Below, piece by piece: positions 10,185 through 20,470 of a stretch of DNA of 64,000 nucleotides. The DNA lies in IMG/VR virus record IMGVR_UViG_3300034101_004588, positions 124,001 to 188,000 of that record, one strand, 5' to 3'. Within the stretch, counting starts at the first letter, position 1; every line of letters begins with the position of its first letter. The notes below the pieces were generated by a model. That model saw only the letters and a list, made by a program, of their open reading frames with translations, searched no databases and was not told the DNA's origin. The translations under genes were made by a program, and so were the position numbers.

Positions 10185-10382
10185 TCAAATGTATTTGTTT
10201 TGATTTTTAATTTTATTAAGTTTTTGTTGAAACCTTCTTTTTCTTTCTCTTTTTTGTTTAGGAGTTTCAAAAGCTCTTTTAGAATAAAGTTGATCCATTA
10301 AACCATCATTAATAACTAATGTTTTTAATTTTTTTAAAGCAATATCTAAAAATTCTTTATTTTTTATTTTAATCGTGTACAT
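10185..10382 (-). CDS. rpsU: ribosomal protein bS21 homolog
   Basis: LDIALKKLK...DGL...KRAFETPKQKRERK matches the bS21 signature; two upstream TAAATA motifs. Confidence 0.8.
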   Translation of the reverse strand: MYTIKIKNKEFLDIALKKLKTLVINDGLMDQLYSKRAFETPKQKRERKRRFQQKLNKIKNQNKYI

Positions 10383-10401
10383 AGTTAAAAATAATTATTA
10401 T

Positions 10402-11856
10402 TTAGTTATTTAAGGCATCTGCCAATAGCTGACCAACCTGGCTTACGGTTACAAAATTAGATAGTTTTTGATTTATCAATTGATTTGTTGCACTAAGATC
10501 TGTGGTAGTCGCTACGGCTGATAATCTTGCACCTATACTATCAGGTACTGTTATACTCGATAATGCAAAACTCCAAATATCTGCAGGATTTAATAAAGCA
10601 GTACCTACAGTATTATCTACAGGGACACCCCATGAAACAGCAGACGGAGAAGGCACTGCCATTGTTCCAATTAACCCCCCAGAAGCATAAACAGTACCTG
10701 TTCTTACACTTGAAACGGGTGGTAAACTAAAAGTTTCATAATCCGGTGTATAAAAATAAACAAATGTATTATTTCCACTTAATGCTTCTCTTATAACTGA
10801 TTTTACTGGTGTTGTTCCGGTTACTAAAGTCGGTGAATAAATAGCCACAGTACCATCTGAATTATCGTATGCATTACCATTAAAAGTAAGTGTGCCTGTA
10901 TTTTCAATAGCAGAAGCTCCTGTAACGCCCGCATAAGCTTCTCCAGTAATAAACATCGTCGCTATATTTCTGACACCTGTGAAATTAAGGTTCGTACCTC
11001 GAATTGTACCAGTACAATAAGCTATTCCTGCTGCACCATTATTATTGACGCCATATGTAGCACCATTTGCCCCATTACCACCTTCCATAATACCAACAAC
11101 GGTTACGGTTCCACCTGCATTATTAAAAACGCCACTAGAGCCAGTGTTTCTGCCGTACGCTGCTCCAGTTACAAACATTTGTCCAGCTGCTAAATTTCTA
11201 ATTCCATGATTTCCATTTTGGCCAGCTAATACTGTTCCGGTAATGTAAACTATTCCTGTTGATTCATTTGTAAGAGCATTGCATTGCATATTGTTGCCTA
11301 TTGCCTCTAAATTACCTATTATATTAAGTGTGCCTGTTGAAATATTTCTTATGCAATGAGCATTAGATGTACTTCCAGAAACAGAATTTCCTATTATATT
11401 TCCCGTATCAACATGATTACAATTTAATAAAGTAACAGTACTACTACGAAAATCTGCCCAAATAGTATAACCCGTATTCATGGTTAAACCGCCACCAGCC
11501 GTTGCTAAAACTGCTGCATTTGTATTTGCTAGATTAGTTATAGTAGCTACCGTTCTAGCAGTTCCTGTTCCAGTTCCAACTCCAGTAGCTAAAAATACCG
11601 CACCCACAGTATTGCTACCAGCACCAATAGAAGTAAAATTAGTAGAACCAATCGTAACAATTTCGTAATATTGCCCAATAACAAACGAACCCGCATTAAC
11701 TACTACATTATTAGTTGAACCTATTTGTATATTTTGATTAACCGTAACATCATAGCTGTTTAAATAGACAGTATCTCCAGCACTAGGTACAAGACCGGTG
11801 CTCCATACGGTATTATCATTCCAATTTCCGGTTTTTATTGCTTTTACTACGGCCAT
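10402..11856 (-). CDS. tail-fibre/receptor-binding-like beta-helix protein, paralog 1
   Basis: Gly/Asn/Thr-rich repeats (GxxNxxxGxxxITG); termini shared with the next gene. Confidence 0.6.
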   Translation of the reverse strand: MAVVKAIKTGNWNDNTVWSTGLVPSAGDTVYLNSYDVTVNQNIQIGSTNNVVVNAGSFVIGQYYEIVTIGSTNFTSIGAGSNTVGAVFLATGVGTGTGTARTVATITNLANTNAAVLATAGGGLTMNTGYTIWADFRSSTVTLLNCNHVDTGNIIGNSVSGSTSNAHCIRNISTGTLNIIGNLEAIGNNMQCNALTNESTGIVYITGTVLAGQNGNHGIRNLAAGQMFVTGAAYGRNTGSSGVFNNAGGTVTVVGIMEGGNGANGATYGVNNNGAAGIAYCTGTIRGTNLNFTGVRNIATMFITGEAYAGVTGASAIENTGTLTFNGNAYDNSDGTVAIYSPTLVTGTTPVKSVIREALSGNNTFVYFYTPDYETFSLPPVSSVRTGTVYASGGLIGTMAVPSPSAVSWGVPVDNTVGTALLNPADIWSFALSSITVPDSIGARLSAVATTTDLSATNQLINQKLSNFVTVSQVGQLLADALNN

Positions 11857-11857
11857 A

Positions 11858-13285
11858 TTATGTTAAAGTATCTATTAAAATTTTACCCATATCATTAGCA
11901 GTTACTGCATTTTTAAGTCTTTCTCCAATACTGCCTTCTGTATCTATATTGTTTTTTAAATAATCCCAAACATTTTCTGGTTTTAAAACCGCTGTTCCCA
12001 GCGTATTATCAACAGGTACATTATACACAACATTATTTAAAGACGGTATTTTACAATTTCCTATTAAATTATTATTAGCATAAAAGACACCATTTCTAAC
12101 ATCTTGTATTGCTGGATAATCCCATACACTATTATCAACTGTATAATATGTTACTGTTGTTGATAACCCATTTACAGCTCTTACCCTAACAGCTTGGGGC
12201 GGAATTGATAAATTCCTTATTTTTCTCACAAAAAAAGCAACATTACCGTTAATATCATCATATGAAGATCCTAAAAAATTAATATTTGTGGTTGTCGCAA
12301 AACTACTTGATGATACTCCATTAGCTGATGGTCCAGTTCCTGCATATACATTTCCGATTAAATTAAGTGTTCCTGCATCTATAGTAACCCCCCGACACGT
12401 TTGTCTTGGTCCACCATAAACATTTCCTGTAATATTAATAGTACCAGAACTACCTGTATTTACTACGCCCGCGTGGGCCGTGCCGTTAGATGAGCCACCG
12501 CCATAAACATCTCCAATGATATTTATTGTACCGGTACCGGTATTTACAGCACCATGTGAAGTTATAGATCCATTTCCTCCGCGAACAATACCGGTTATAT
12601 TAACTATCCCATTAGAAGTGTTTATAATTCCATAAGATGTGTTACCTCCAACACCACCATTTACTTCACCTGTTACATTAAATGTGCCACTTGAATTATT
12701 TCGAAAACTGGTATTATTTGCAAAACCGGCAAGCCCGCCCATCAAATTTCCAATAAAGTTTATAGTACTGTTACCTTCATGTGTATTACCAAATATATTG
12801 TTAGTTGCGCTGCCGTATGCCACACCTATTATTTCTATAATACCACCAGATGCTGTAATAGTTAATAATATAGATGTAGATGGACGTAACCAGCTATGTA
12901 TTCGTCTATTAGTGGATAAAGAAAATCCACCACCAACGGAAGCGCCAGCACCAGTATTCGCAGCATTTGTGAGAGTAGCAACGGTTCTAGCTATTCCCGT
13001 ACCGCTACCGGCAGCATTCGCAAGAAATATAGCGCCAACAGTATTAGAACCATTAACAGTAGTAAAGTTAGTAGTACCAATTTCTACTACTTCATACCAT
13101 TGTCCGCTTATAAATGAGCCAGCGTTAACATTATAATTATTTGTATCTCCAATTAAAACATCTTGGTCTATAGTAACTGTAAAAGTATTTGAATATACAG
13201 TATCTCCAGATGTTGGTACTGTCCCCGTACTCCATACTGTAGGATCAGACCAATTTCCAGATTTTACTGCTCGTACCGCTGCCAT
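11858..13285 (-). CDS. tail-fibre/receptor-binding-like beta-helix protein, paralog 2
   Basis: same GNWxDxTVWSTGxVP N-terminus and VPVDNTxGTA C-terminus. Confidence 0.6.
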   Translation of the reverse strand: MAAVRAVKSGNWSDPTVWSTGTVPTSGDTVYSNTFTVTIDQDVLIGDTNNYNVNAGSFISGQWYEVVEIGTTNFTTVNGSNTVGAIFLANAAGSGTGIARTVATLTNAANTGAGASVGGGFSLSTNRRIHSWLRPSTSILLTITASGGIIEIIGVAYGSATNNIFGNTHEGNSTINFIGNLMGGLAGFANNTSFRNNSSGTFNVTGEVNGGVGGNTSYGIINTSNGIVNITGIVRGGNGSITSHGAVNTGTGTINIIGDVYGGGSSNGTAHAGVVNTGSSGTINITGNVYGGPRQTCRGVTIDAGTLNLIGNVYAGTGPSANGVSSSSFATTTNINFLGSSYDDINGNVAFFVRKIRNLSIPPQAVRVRAVNGLSTTVTYYTVDNSVWDYPAIQDVRNGVFYANNNLIGNCKIPSLNNVVYNVPVDNTLGTAVLKPENVWDYLKNNIDTEGSIGERLKNAVTANDMGKILIDTLT

Positions 13286-13288
13286 TTA

Positions 13289-13570
13289 TTATAACCCCTT
13301 TAATTGAATAAACTCTTGTAATGCTTGTTGTACTTTAGCTACTGCTAATTGAGTTGCTTCGTCCGCACCAACAATGGTGCCTAGATATACAGGAATTGAT
13401 TGTTCGTCTACTTTTTCTACAACCCCGTTTTCTACTCTTGTAGGTATGAGCCGCATTGCTATATTAGCATCCGGTGTCCCGTCTTCTTTATACATTCCAT
13501 TAATTGCTAAATTAAGAGAATATTTGTCATATACTTTACCGTTAATAGTTTTAGGATTTGATGAATTCAT
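13289..13570 (-). CDS. hypothetical protein, possibly fibre-associated
   Basis: co-oriented with fibre genes; upstream TAAATA. Confidence 0.5.
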   Translation of the reverse strand: MNSSNPKTINGKVYDKYSLNLAINGMYKEDGTPDANIAMRLIPTRVENGVVEKVDEQSIPVYLGTIVGADEATQLAVAKVQQALQEFIQLKGL

Positions 13571-13581
13571 AGTGTTAATAT

Positions 13582-15021
13582 TTAGATGTATACTGCAGAA
13601 AGTCTATCTGTCCAAGCGACGTTCGTAGCTTTTCCAGTAGCAGAAACTGTTCCTGTTGTTGTAAATACGGTTCTGTTAATAATCCAAACACTATTAGTAT
13701 CTAAAGAACCGGTTACTGCTTTACCAGAATAAGACGTATTTGGGATATAATCAAAACGATAAGTGTAAGTTATAATAGGCTGAGCTGATAAAGAAGATAA
13801 AGAAATGGTATTGCCATTAGATATAGATAAATTATAAGACGTCGAGTTCCAAGATAATGTTTGTGAATCGGTCTCAGCAGTTAAAAAGATATCTACTAAA
13901 TCTGTTCCACCGGAAAGAATTTTATTTGTAGTATTTAAATCTCCTTCTATATCTAAAATATTATTTGGTCCAGATAATTTACCGTCTGGTTTAAAAGTCC
14001 AATTATAATCATCTAATGTAGTTAAAACTATTTCATTATCTGTATTATCAAAAGTTATGCTGTTGTTATTTGAATCATAAGCATAAAAAGCCGATGGAGA
14101 TAAAGCAACTTTAACAAAAGATGATAAAGAAGTATTTTCCGATTCTAATGATAAAGTTTTTTCGTCTCCTATACGTATAGTGTCATCTGGTATAGATAAA
14201 GTACCATCTGCACTAAGAATAAAAGATTCTGTTCCAGCTATTAATCTATCGGGAAGACTCCCACTAGAAAATACTGATGCTAAATCAACGCCACCAGAAA
14301 GATATTGTCCAGTGACATTTAAAGTTCCGTCCATGGTACCGCCATTACGAAAGTCTCTAGCAAAATTACCATCTCCACCTCCACCCTCCGCAACTACTCC
14401 TCCGCGGAACTTAGAAAAAAATTCTTTGACCTGTTTTTCTACTATTTTATTAATAGATTTTTCTAAATTTTTATTTTCGTTCTTTTCTTCTTCTTTTTCT
14501 GTTTTATTATCTGCTTTTTCTAATTCTTGAACATAAACATTTTCTTTTATTTCTTCTTTTTTCTTTTTTGTGGGAAGCTTTTTAACAGATCTTTTTGAAA
14601 TGTTGATAGGTTCTTTTGAAGATTTAAGATTTTCTATTAATTCTAAAGCAGCTTTTTTAATGTTAGAGTTTTTAGTTTCTTCTAAATTTTGTTTAGGTTT
14701 TATAATTACCTTTTTTGTTTCTAAAGGTTCTAGATTATTTTCCTTTATATCTTCTACAATTTTAACAAGTTTTGGTGGAGAAGTTTTTAAAATGTTAACC
14801 AGTTTATGTAAAAAACCTTCTAAAGGTTCTTTAGAAGAATTGTCTGAAGCCTCTACTATTTCTTTGATTAATAAATTTTTATCTTCAACTACGTTTAAGG
14901 ATTCTTCTATTTTAACATTTTCTGTTGAAGGATTTTTTTCAGACAACAAAACATCTTTGATAGGTTTTTTTTGTTCTGTAGCTTTTTTATATAAATTTAA
15001 AACTTCTTCCGTAGAATCCAT
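13582..15021 (-). CDS. putative virion protein
   Basis: K/E-rich N-half, GGGGDG hinge, repeated LSGGxDL motif, beta-rich C-half; upstream TAAGTA. Confidence 0.5.
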   Translation of the reverse strand: MDSTEEVLNLYKKATEQKKPIKDVLLSEKNPSTENVKIEESLNVVEDKNLLIKEIVEASDNSSKEPLEGFLHKLVNILKTSPPKLVKIVEDIKENNLEPLETKKVIIKPKQNLEETKNSNIKKAALELIENLKSSKEPINISKRSVKKLPTKKKKEEIKENVYVQELEKADNKTEKEEEKNENKNLEKSINKIVEKQVKEFFSKFRGGVVAEGGGGDGNFARDFRNGGTMDGTLNVTGQYLSGGVDLASVFSSGSLPDRLIAGTESFILSADGTLSIPDDTIRIGDEKTLSLESENTSLSSFVKVALSPSAFYAYDSNNNSITFDNTDNEIVLTTLDDYNWTFKPDGKLSGPNNILDIEGDLNTTNKILSGGTDLVDIFLTAETDSQTLSWNSTSYNLSISNGNTISLSSLSAQPIITYTYRFDYIPNTSYSGKAVTGSLDTNSVWIINRTVFTTTGTVSATGKATNVAWTDRLSAVYI

Positions 15022-15063
15022 GATTATCTACTTATAAACATTTTACAAAATTCTCTGTATAAG

Positions 15064-15135
15064 CATCCTCGACGAGATTTGAACTCGTGATAACTCCGTG
15101 AAAGGGAGCTGTGATAACCACTTCACTACGAGGAC
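15064..15135 (-). tRNA. tRNA-Glu(TTC)
   Basis: cloverleaf, anticodon loop CTTTCAC; no encoded CCA. Confidence 0.9.
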
Positions 15136-15184
15136 TAGCTAAATAATTATTCGTTTAATTTTAAAAAAATCAAGAAATATTTAA

Positions 15185-15412
15185 TTATTCTTCTGGATAA
15201 AGATCATCAACAAATCCTTCGTCTTCTGCATAATGCCTGACTTTACTGAAGATATTAATGTTTTTTACAGGTTTACTACTAGTTATTTCCCAATCATCAT
15301 CTTCTAATACACTAATTGAAAAATCTATGCCGTAAAGTTTGATATTGAACCTTTTAACTACTTTAGGCTTTCTTTTTTTACGACTCATGATATACTTATA
15401 GTACGGCTTCAT
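15185..15412 (-). CDS. hypothetical protein
   Basis: ORF between tRNAs; resembles 35783..35977. Confidence 0.45.
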   Translation of the reverse strand: MKPYYKYIMSRKKRKPKVVKRFNIKLYGIDFSISVLEDDDWEITSSKPVKNINIFSKVRHYAEDEGFVDDLYPEE

Positions 15413-15422
15413 AAGTCGTAAA

Positions 15423-15497
15423 TGGCGTGCCCAGCAGGACTCGAACCTGCAACCTACAGCTTAGAAGGCTGTTGCTCTTCCATTGAGCTATGAGCAC
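15423..15497 (-). tRNA. tRNA-Arg(TCT)
   Basis: loop CTTCTAA, TTCGAGT, CCA encoded. Confidence 0.92.
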
Positions 15498-16025
15498 TTA
15501 AAAATGGGGTATATCCCAACCATCTTCATGAGCTTCTTTTACTGCTTTATAATAATGGTATATAATAAAACTTACCACAGTTATAACACCTAAGCAAAAA
15601 CCTATACCCAAAGTTAATAATGTAGTTATCATATAATATATCTTATAAAAATTAATATGGAAACGCAACCTTTATTTTTTTAATTTTTGATATTCTTCGT
15701 AATACCAGTCTCTTTGATCTGCTATATCCCAAAGATCATTCATATTAAGCTCTAAAAGCTTATCAAGTATTACAATTTCTTTTTTAAGTCTTTCATTCTC
15801 TTTAAGAACATCCTTTAAAGTTTGATCTTTGTATTGTTTGTCAATCATTTTCTTTTTTAAACCAAGGTTTCTTTAATGTTGTACCATCCCATATGCAGGG
15901 TATCTTCCAGTAATTAGTCTCATCGACTTTAGGTTTCAAAGGCTTTTCTAACTCATCCCAGATAGTACTACATCCAGTTAGTATAATTGTTAACGTAGAT
16001 ATAATTACCTTTTTCATAACTTAAC

Positions 16026-16766
16026 TCAGGATTTATTATCTTTTTTATCATTCCGCCATTCGTAACCAATATTCTCTAAACATATCCGGGCTTTGTTGGC
16101 AAGGGATTGTAAACCAACCCAATCATTATGATAAATTTCGGATCTAATTTCAAAGCATTCCCAGATGTTAATAAGAGTATCCTTTATAATTTTGTTAGCT
16201 CTGTCAAGTTCATCATTAGCTGTTTCAAGGATATGACTATGCATCTTATAATAGTCTCTATCTCTATAAATCTCTTCAATCTGTTTACAGATCTCTTCAG
16301 TTTTTTTAGAAGGCTTTAACTTCTCTTCTGCCTCCATAGCCCTCTTTTTGAACTTCTCTGTCAGATCCCTCTGTTTATAAAATCTATCCTGAAAGTGTTC
16401 GAATGAATTTTTAACACTTTTTACTGAATTTTCTAACAGTTTAATTTCATCTTTTAGCTTTTCGTTTTCTAAGACATAACTAATGACAAGCTTTTGCTGC
16501 ATGTCATGAGCATCTTTCCAATTGATAGGAGGCACTTCGTTGAGTGCTTTATCTAGAGGAACTGTTCTACCCTCTTTGATATCATCCATAGCATTTTTAA
16601 ATTCATCAGGAATTTCTTCAATGTAAAAGATCTTACCTACTTCATACTCATGCCATATATGGGAAGGTACTTGCATATCCGTTCCATCTTCAAAGATAAA
16701 GAAGTACTTGTCAACCAAAGTACCACCATAAGTTGTCTTATCAATAATTGTCTTTTTGCTTTTCAT
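16026..16766 (-). CDS. hypothetical coiled-coil protein
   Basis: 246-aa ORF. Confidence 0.55.
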   Translation of the reverse strand: MKSKKTIIDKTTYGGTLVDKYFFIFEDGTDMQVPSHIWHEYEVGKIFYIEEIPDEFKNAMDDIKEGRTVPLDKALNEVPPINWKDAHDMQQKLVISYVLENEKLKDEIKLLENSVKSVKNSFEHFQDRFYKQRDLTEKFKKRAMEAEEKLKPSKKTEEICKQIEEIYRDRDYYKMHSHILETANDELDRANKIIKDTLINIWECFEIRSEIYHNDWVGLQSLANKARICLENIGYEWRNDKKDNKS

Positions 16767-17145
16767 CTCTTTCTACTTTCTCTATAATCATTCTATCTGC
16801 AATTTTATAAACTTCAAAGAAGTCTTTCTTCTCACCCTCTTCAATGTAAAGCAATCTATCACTTACTGATTCAAGCTTTGTTACACACTCATGATTATCA
16901 TATCTGAGGAATGCTATAACATAGTTTGTTTCTTTATTCTTAAAGCAATTTTTATTGATTGAAAGACTTTCAGACTCAATATAGTCTCCTTCATCTTTCC
17001 AGCCATTTTTGAGATAGTTCTCAAGCTCACCCCAATACCTATTAGGATGATATTTTATAATAGCACATTCATATTCATGACCTTCAGGTTTTTTGCCTAG
17101 ATAGGCTATAGGTTCAGCTCCTATGTTATTAATTCTAACTTTCAT
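16741..17145 (-). CDS. hypothetical protein
   Basis: packed ORF. Confidence 0.55.
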   Translation of the reverse strand: MKVRINNIGAEPIAYLGKKPEGHEYECAIIKYHPNRYWGELENYLKNGWKDEGDYIESESLSINKNCFKNKETNYVIAFLRYDNHECVTKLESVSDRLLYIEEGEKKDFFEVYKIADRMIIEKVERDEKQKDNY

Positions 17146-17146
17146 A

Positions 17147-17374
17147 TTAACTATGGCATCCTATTCTAACTTTGTACCCTTTGATGGTTGGGTGATTATA
17201 TTCATTCACACAACAGCATCCAAATGTTGAGCCTGTTTCCATCCAAGGCAGCCACTTATCTTTAAGATAATCAGGAATAACTGCAAGCCAATCCTCATCT
17301 CCACCATTAGTGCTGAGTTCTTGCAGTTCTTGAGGGGCAAGATGAAATGGCCAAATTTTAATAGGAGGGTTCAT
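17147..17374 (-). CDS. hypothetical protein
   Basis: packed ORF. Confidence 0.55.
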   Translation of the reverse strand: MNPPIKIWPFHLAPQELQELSTNGGDEDWLAVIPDYLKDKWLPWMETGSTFGCCCVNEYNHPTIKGYKVRIGCHS

Positions 17375-17655
17375 TCTGTTATTGTATTATACAGAGATTC
17401 AATGTTATGGCAAATCTCATTTCCTTCTTTGTCCCAAGCTTTTAAATCTTCCCTACCATCTTTTTCGTAAATGTACCAATTAATCCAATCTTTTCCTTCT
17501 TTACCAAATACTTCAAGCATTAAAGGATGTACTACCTCTCTGTAATAATCTTCATTAAATGACAACAAGTCAACTCCATGCTTATAGAGCTCATGAGTCT
17601 TATTGCTCTGAGCCTGAATGCCTTCAATGAGTGTTGTGAATGTTTTTAGATCCAT
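17371..17655 (-). CDS. hypothetical protein
   Basis: packed ORF. Confidence 0.55.
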   Translation of the reverse strand: MDLKTFTTLIEGIQAQSNKTHELYKHGVDLLSFNEDYYREVVHPLMLEVFGKEGKDWINWYIYEKDGREDLKAWDKEGNEICHNIESLYNTITE

Positions 17656-17875
17656 TTTCTTTTTCCCAGAGCTCTTTTACTCTCTGTGCTATTTCTTTTT
17701 TAGATTGTCTCAATTGTTCTATCTCTTCAGGGGTTAAGTCACCGAGAGGGTAAGGGGGTCTTTTAGTTTCTTTTCTAAGTTTAAGAATAAAGACAAATGT
17801 AGTCCAAGCTTTTAGGCATATCAGGAATGCTGCTATAAGCCCGAATATAATTAGAATGTTATTGGGGTCTTCCAT
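17624..17875 (-). CDS. small membrane protein
   Basis: N-terminal hydrophobic helix. Confidence 0.5.
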   Translation of the reverse strand: MEDPNNILIIFGLIAAFLICLKAWTTFVFILKLRKETKRPPYPLGDLTPEEIEQLRQSKKEIAQRVKELWEKENGSKNIHNTH

Positions 17876-18233
17876 TTGATTTGTTCACAAATATGTTTCC
17901 AGTAACCTCAATAGAGTCTACTTCAACTTTATCTAAGATCTGGTGTCCATCTTTACCAAAATAGAATCCTGCGAGCTCTTCATCATAATAGACCTCACAA
18001 TCTTTGTAGTCAATGATATCTGGGTCACCAAGCTCAACTGTATAGTTAACAGAGAAGCTAATAATGTCTCCTTCATAGATTTCTTTGCCATTTTTATCTT
18101 TTAGGCTAATGTATTGCTGAATCTCACTATCAATAAAGTCTAAAGGCAACTTAGTAAGACCTTCCTTAAGTCCAAAGTAATTAAAGTTACCTGTTTGATA
18201 GTTCCAAGCTCTAAATTTTAGTTCTCTTCTCAT
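17859..18233 (-). CDS. YopX-family protein
   Basis: MRRELKFRAW...QYISLKDKNGKEIYEGDI...EVTGNIF. Confidence 0.85.
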   Translation of the reverse strand: MRRELKFRAWNYQTGNFNYFGLKEGLTKLPLDFIDSEIQQYISLKDKNGKEIYEGDIISFSVNYTVELGDPDIIDYKDCEVYYDEELAGFYFGKDGHQILDKVEVDSIEVTGNIFVNKSNGRPQ

Positions 18234-18858
18234 TTATATACAGCTTATTGTACTTTCTTCTTACTTTTAAGGCAACACCTTTTCCAAAGTCATAATGGTC
18301 AAAGTCATATTGAAGATAGGCTTGGATCTCATCATCAATTACTTTTGCTGTATAGCCCATCTCTAAGAGATTCTTTTTGAAGATGTTATAGTGTTCTTTA
18401 GGAAGGGATTTTGTTAAAGCATCCATTCTCTTTTTGTAATCTTTATCGGTATAGTAAAGGGCATGGCATACTTCATGCTTAAAGGTATCTCCATTTATAT
18501 CTCCACAGGCAATCAAATAGCCATCCTCTGCAGAGCATTTTTTAAGCACTTCTACTACAATACTATACATGACTTTATCATAAGGTGATTCAAACTTGCC
18601 CAGATATTTGTAGCATTGGGTGATAACTTTCAAAGGAATATTGAACCCAGACCAATCAGCACCATAACTAAAGCCCTTACCATACTTTTCGTTATACCAC
18701 TTCATGTAGTCCCAGATTGAGAAGGTTTTATTTCTAAATTTAGGATTAGGAGATTCATAATACTCCTGAGCTCTGCAGAACAGCATAGCCCTATCATATT
18801 TGTCTTTTACTATAACAGCAAAGACATTAGGCTTAACTTCTTTAATTCTATATTTCAT
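18211..18858 (-). CDS. hypothetical protein with HExxH
   Basis: TFKHEVCHALY...DEIQAY. Confidence 0.55.
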   Translation of the reverse strand: MKYRIKEVKPNVFAVIVKDKYDRAMLFCRAQEYYESPNPKFRNKTFSIWDYMKWYNEKYGKGFSYGADWSGFNIPLKVITQCYKYLGKFESPYDKVMYSIVVEVLKKCSAEDGYLIACGDINGDTFKHEVCHALYYTDKDYKKRMDALTKSLPKEHYNIFKKNLLEMGYTAKVIDDEIQAYLQYDFDHYDFGKGVALKVRRKYNKLYINEKRTKI

Positions 18859-19036
18859 TTGCTCCTAATTGTGCTAATTCTGAAATTTCGTCATATTTAC
18901 CTTCTTTTATTAGATAACCAACAAAGTCATCTGTATTCATCCATTTATTATTGACTAAGATTTCTCTGCTGCTGTTTATAACTTGAACTTTATAAACACT
19001 ATTTCCTAGTTTTATAAATGTATTGTCAGATTTCAT
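18848..19036 (-). CDS. hypothetical protein
   Basis: packed ORF. Confidence 0.45.
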   Translation of the reverse strand: MKSDNTFIKLGNSVYKVQVINSSREILVNNKWMNTDDFVGYLIKEGKYDEISELAQLGANEI

Positions 19037-19239
19037 TTATCCATTAACTCCAATTCTTTGATGACTTTCTTTAGCTTCTTGATAGCTCTTTTCCTTGCTG
19101 TTGTACCACTATCTGCAACAGCTAAGATGATCTTTTCATTCCTGCCATTCTCAAAGTCATTCAAGTAGACAAGCATTTCTTCATCATCAAGCCATTTGTC
19201 GCTCATGAATACTTTTAACTTTGTGTCTGCTTGTTTCAT
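19033..19239 (-). CDS. hypothetical protein
   Basis: packed ORF. Confidence 0.45.
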   Translation of the reverse strand: MKQADTKLKVFMSDKWLDDEEMLVYLNDFENGRNEKIILAVADSGTTARKRAIKKLKKVIKELELMDK

Positions 19240-19260
19240 TGTTCTAAGTATATCGGAACT

Positions 19261-19473
19261 TTAAGCCTCAATTAACTCATCCCAATTGTCATCGAGATAA
19301 TTGATAATTGCGTGTTCTGTGTTAGGACTTATCTCTTTGTCATCGAGGGCAACAATAATCCAATCATCAAATATACCTTTTTGGTTTGTATAAAGGGTAA
19401 CATGAAAATCTCTTTTGCCTTTTTTGACCTCAAAGTAAAAGGTATAGACTTGTTTAAGTAGGTTGGCTTTCAT
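19261..19473 (-). CDS. hypothetical protein
   Basis: packed ORF. Confidence 0.45.
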   Translation of the reverse strand: MKANLLKQVYTFYFEVKKGKRDFHVTLYTNQKGIFDDWIIVALDDKEISPNTEHAIINYLDDNWDELIEA

Positions 19474-19529
19474 TATTGTAAGTATATCGGAACCTTAAGG
19501 ACAAAGCAAGATTATTTTTTTATCCTGCA

Positions 19530-19769
19530 TCACTCACTCTCTCCCTCCACAATCATCGGTACATCAGTCCAATGCGGCTTTCCGCATTCAAGGCATCGCA
19601 CCCCTTGCTGAAGTGTGTCTTTATAGTAATAGTTTTCTAATCCTTGACTGTTGAGTTTGCCTCCGACTTTTTTGCGAACCCAACGCAAGCCAGCGAATAC
19701 GCCACCTGTAACGCAATAATGTTTACCCATGGTAACTGTATCCCCAGTAACAGTGTAGTTTTGGCTCAT
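19530..19769 (-). CDS. hypothetical protein
   Basis: ORF with CLECGK. Confidence 0.45.
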   Translation of the reverse strand: MSQNYTVTGDTVTMGKHYCVTGGVFAGLRWVRKKVGGKLNSQGLENYYYKDTLQQGVRCLECGKPHWTDVPMIVEGESE

Positions 19770-19770
19770 A

Positions 19771-20040
19771 TTATTTTACCCTCTTCCATCTAAATCCAAA
19801 GAACAGGGTCATCATCCATCTATAGAAGATGTTAGGTGCTTTAGGTAATGTTATAGTAACATATTTGTCATTACAGAAAGGATAAAGTTCCCAAGAGTGT
19901 TTAGGATATTCTGTTATCTTTATACAAGATTCTCCTTCCCAGCGATAAGGCTCTTTTATATCTTGACAAATATCACATACTTGATTGCGACCTATAACAT
20001 CAGCACAATCACATTTTGGTTTTTTAGATTTCTTTTTCAT
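19771..20040 (-). CDS. hypothetical protein
   Basis: ORF with CxC...CxxC. Confidence 0.45.
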   Translation of the reverse strand: MKKKSKKPKCDCADVIGRNQVCDICQDIKEPYRWEGESCIKITEYPKHSWELYPFCNDKYVTITLPKAPNIFYRWMMTLFFGFRWKRVK

Positions 20041-20286
20041 TTAGTAAACCTCAATATCTTCTAATGCAATATTTTCACCTTGTGTGTGTCTGTAAACCTT
20101 ATCAAAGAATTCACTAATCAGTTTGTAATCTTCATTAATAAAGCTACAATAATCAAAGGCTGGAATTTCTCCATATCCTTTGATGTTTCTTAATTTGACA
20201 CCTTCATTAGGGATATATTCAAATACAACATTACCTCTGAACACATAGCTCATTGTTTTCTCTTCAATCTTTTTCTGTGTAGTCAT
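20041..20286 (-). CDS. hypothetical protein
   Basis: packed ORF. Confidence 0.45.
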   Translation of the reverse strand: MTTQKKIEEKTMSYVFRGNVVFEYIPNEGVKLRNIKGYGEIPAFDYCSFINEDYKLISEFFDKVYRHTQGENIALEDIEVY

Positions 20287-20470
20287 ATTCAGTCAAAGGC
20301 TCATCTTCCATTATATCCATTTGAATAGCATCTATCCAGCTTCTTTCAAATTTAATTGTTTTGACATTTTCATTAAGCCAAAGGATATATTCTGGATCAA
20401 TATCAGAAATTTCATCAAAAGTTTTTCCTGAGTATTTACCAAAGGTTATTTTGCTCTTTAAATCTATCAT
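20264..20470 (-). CDS. FGKY-motif small domain protein (ExoX C-terminal/DUF3820-like)
   Basis: ITFGKYSGKTFDEISDIDPEYILWL. Confidence 0.6.
   Translation of the reverse strand: MIDLKSKITFGKYSGKTFDEISDIDPEYILWLNENVKTIKFERSWIDAIQMDIMEDEPLTEYDYTEKD

Noticed and set aside
10502-15037. Plus-strand ORFs 10502-15037
   Set aside because: Antisense shadows of the long low-complexity minus-strand structural genes.
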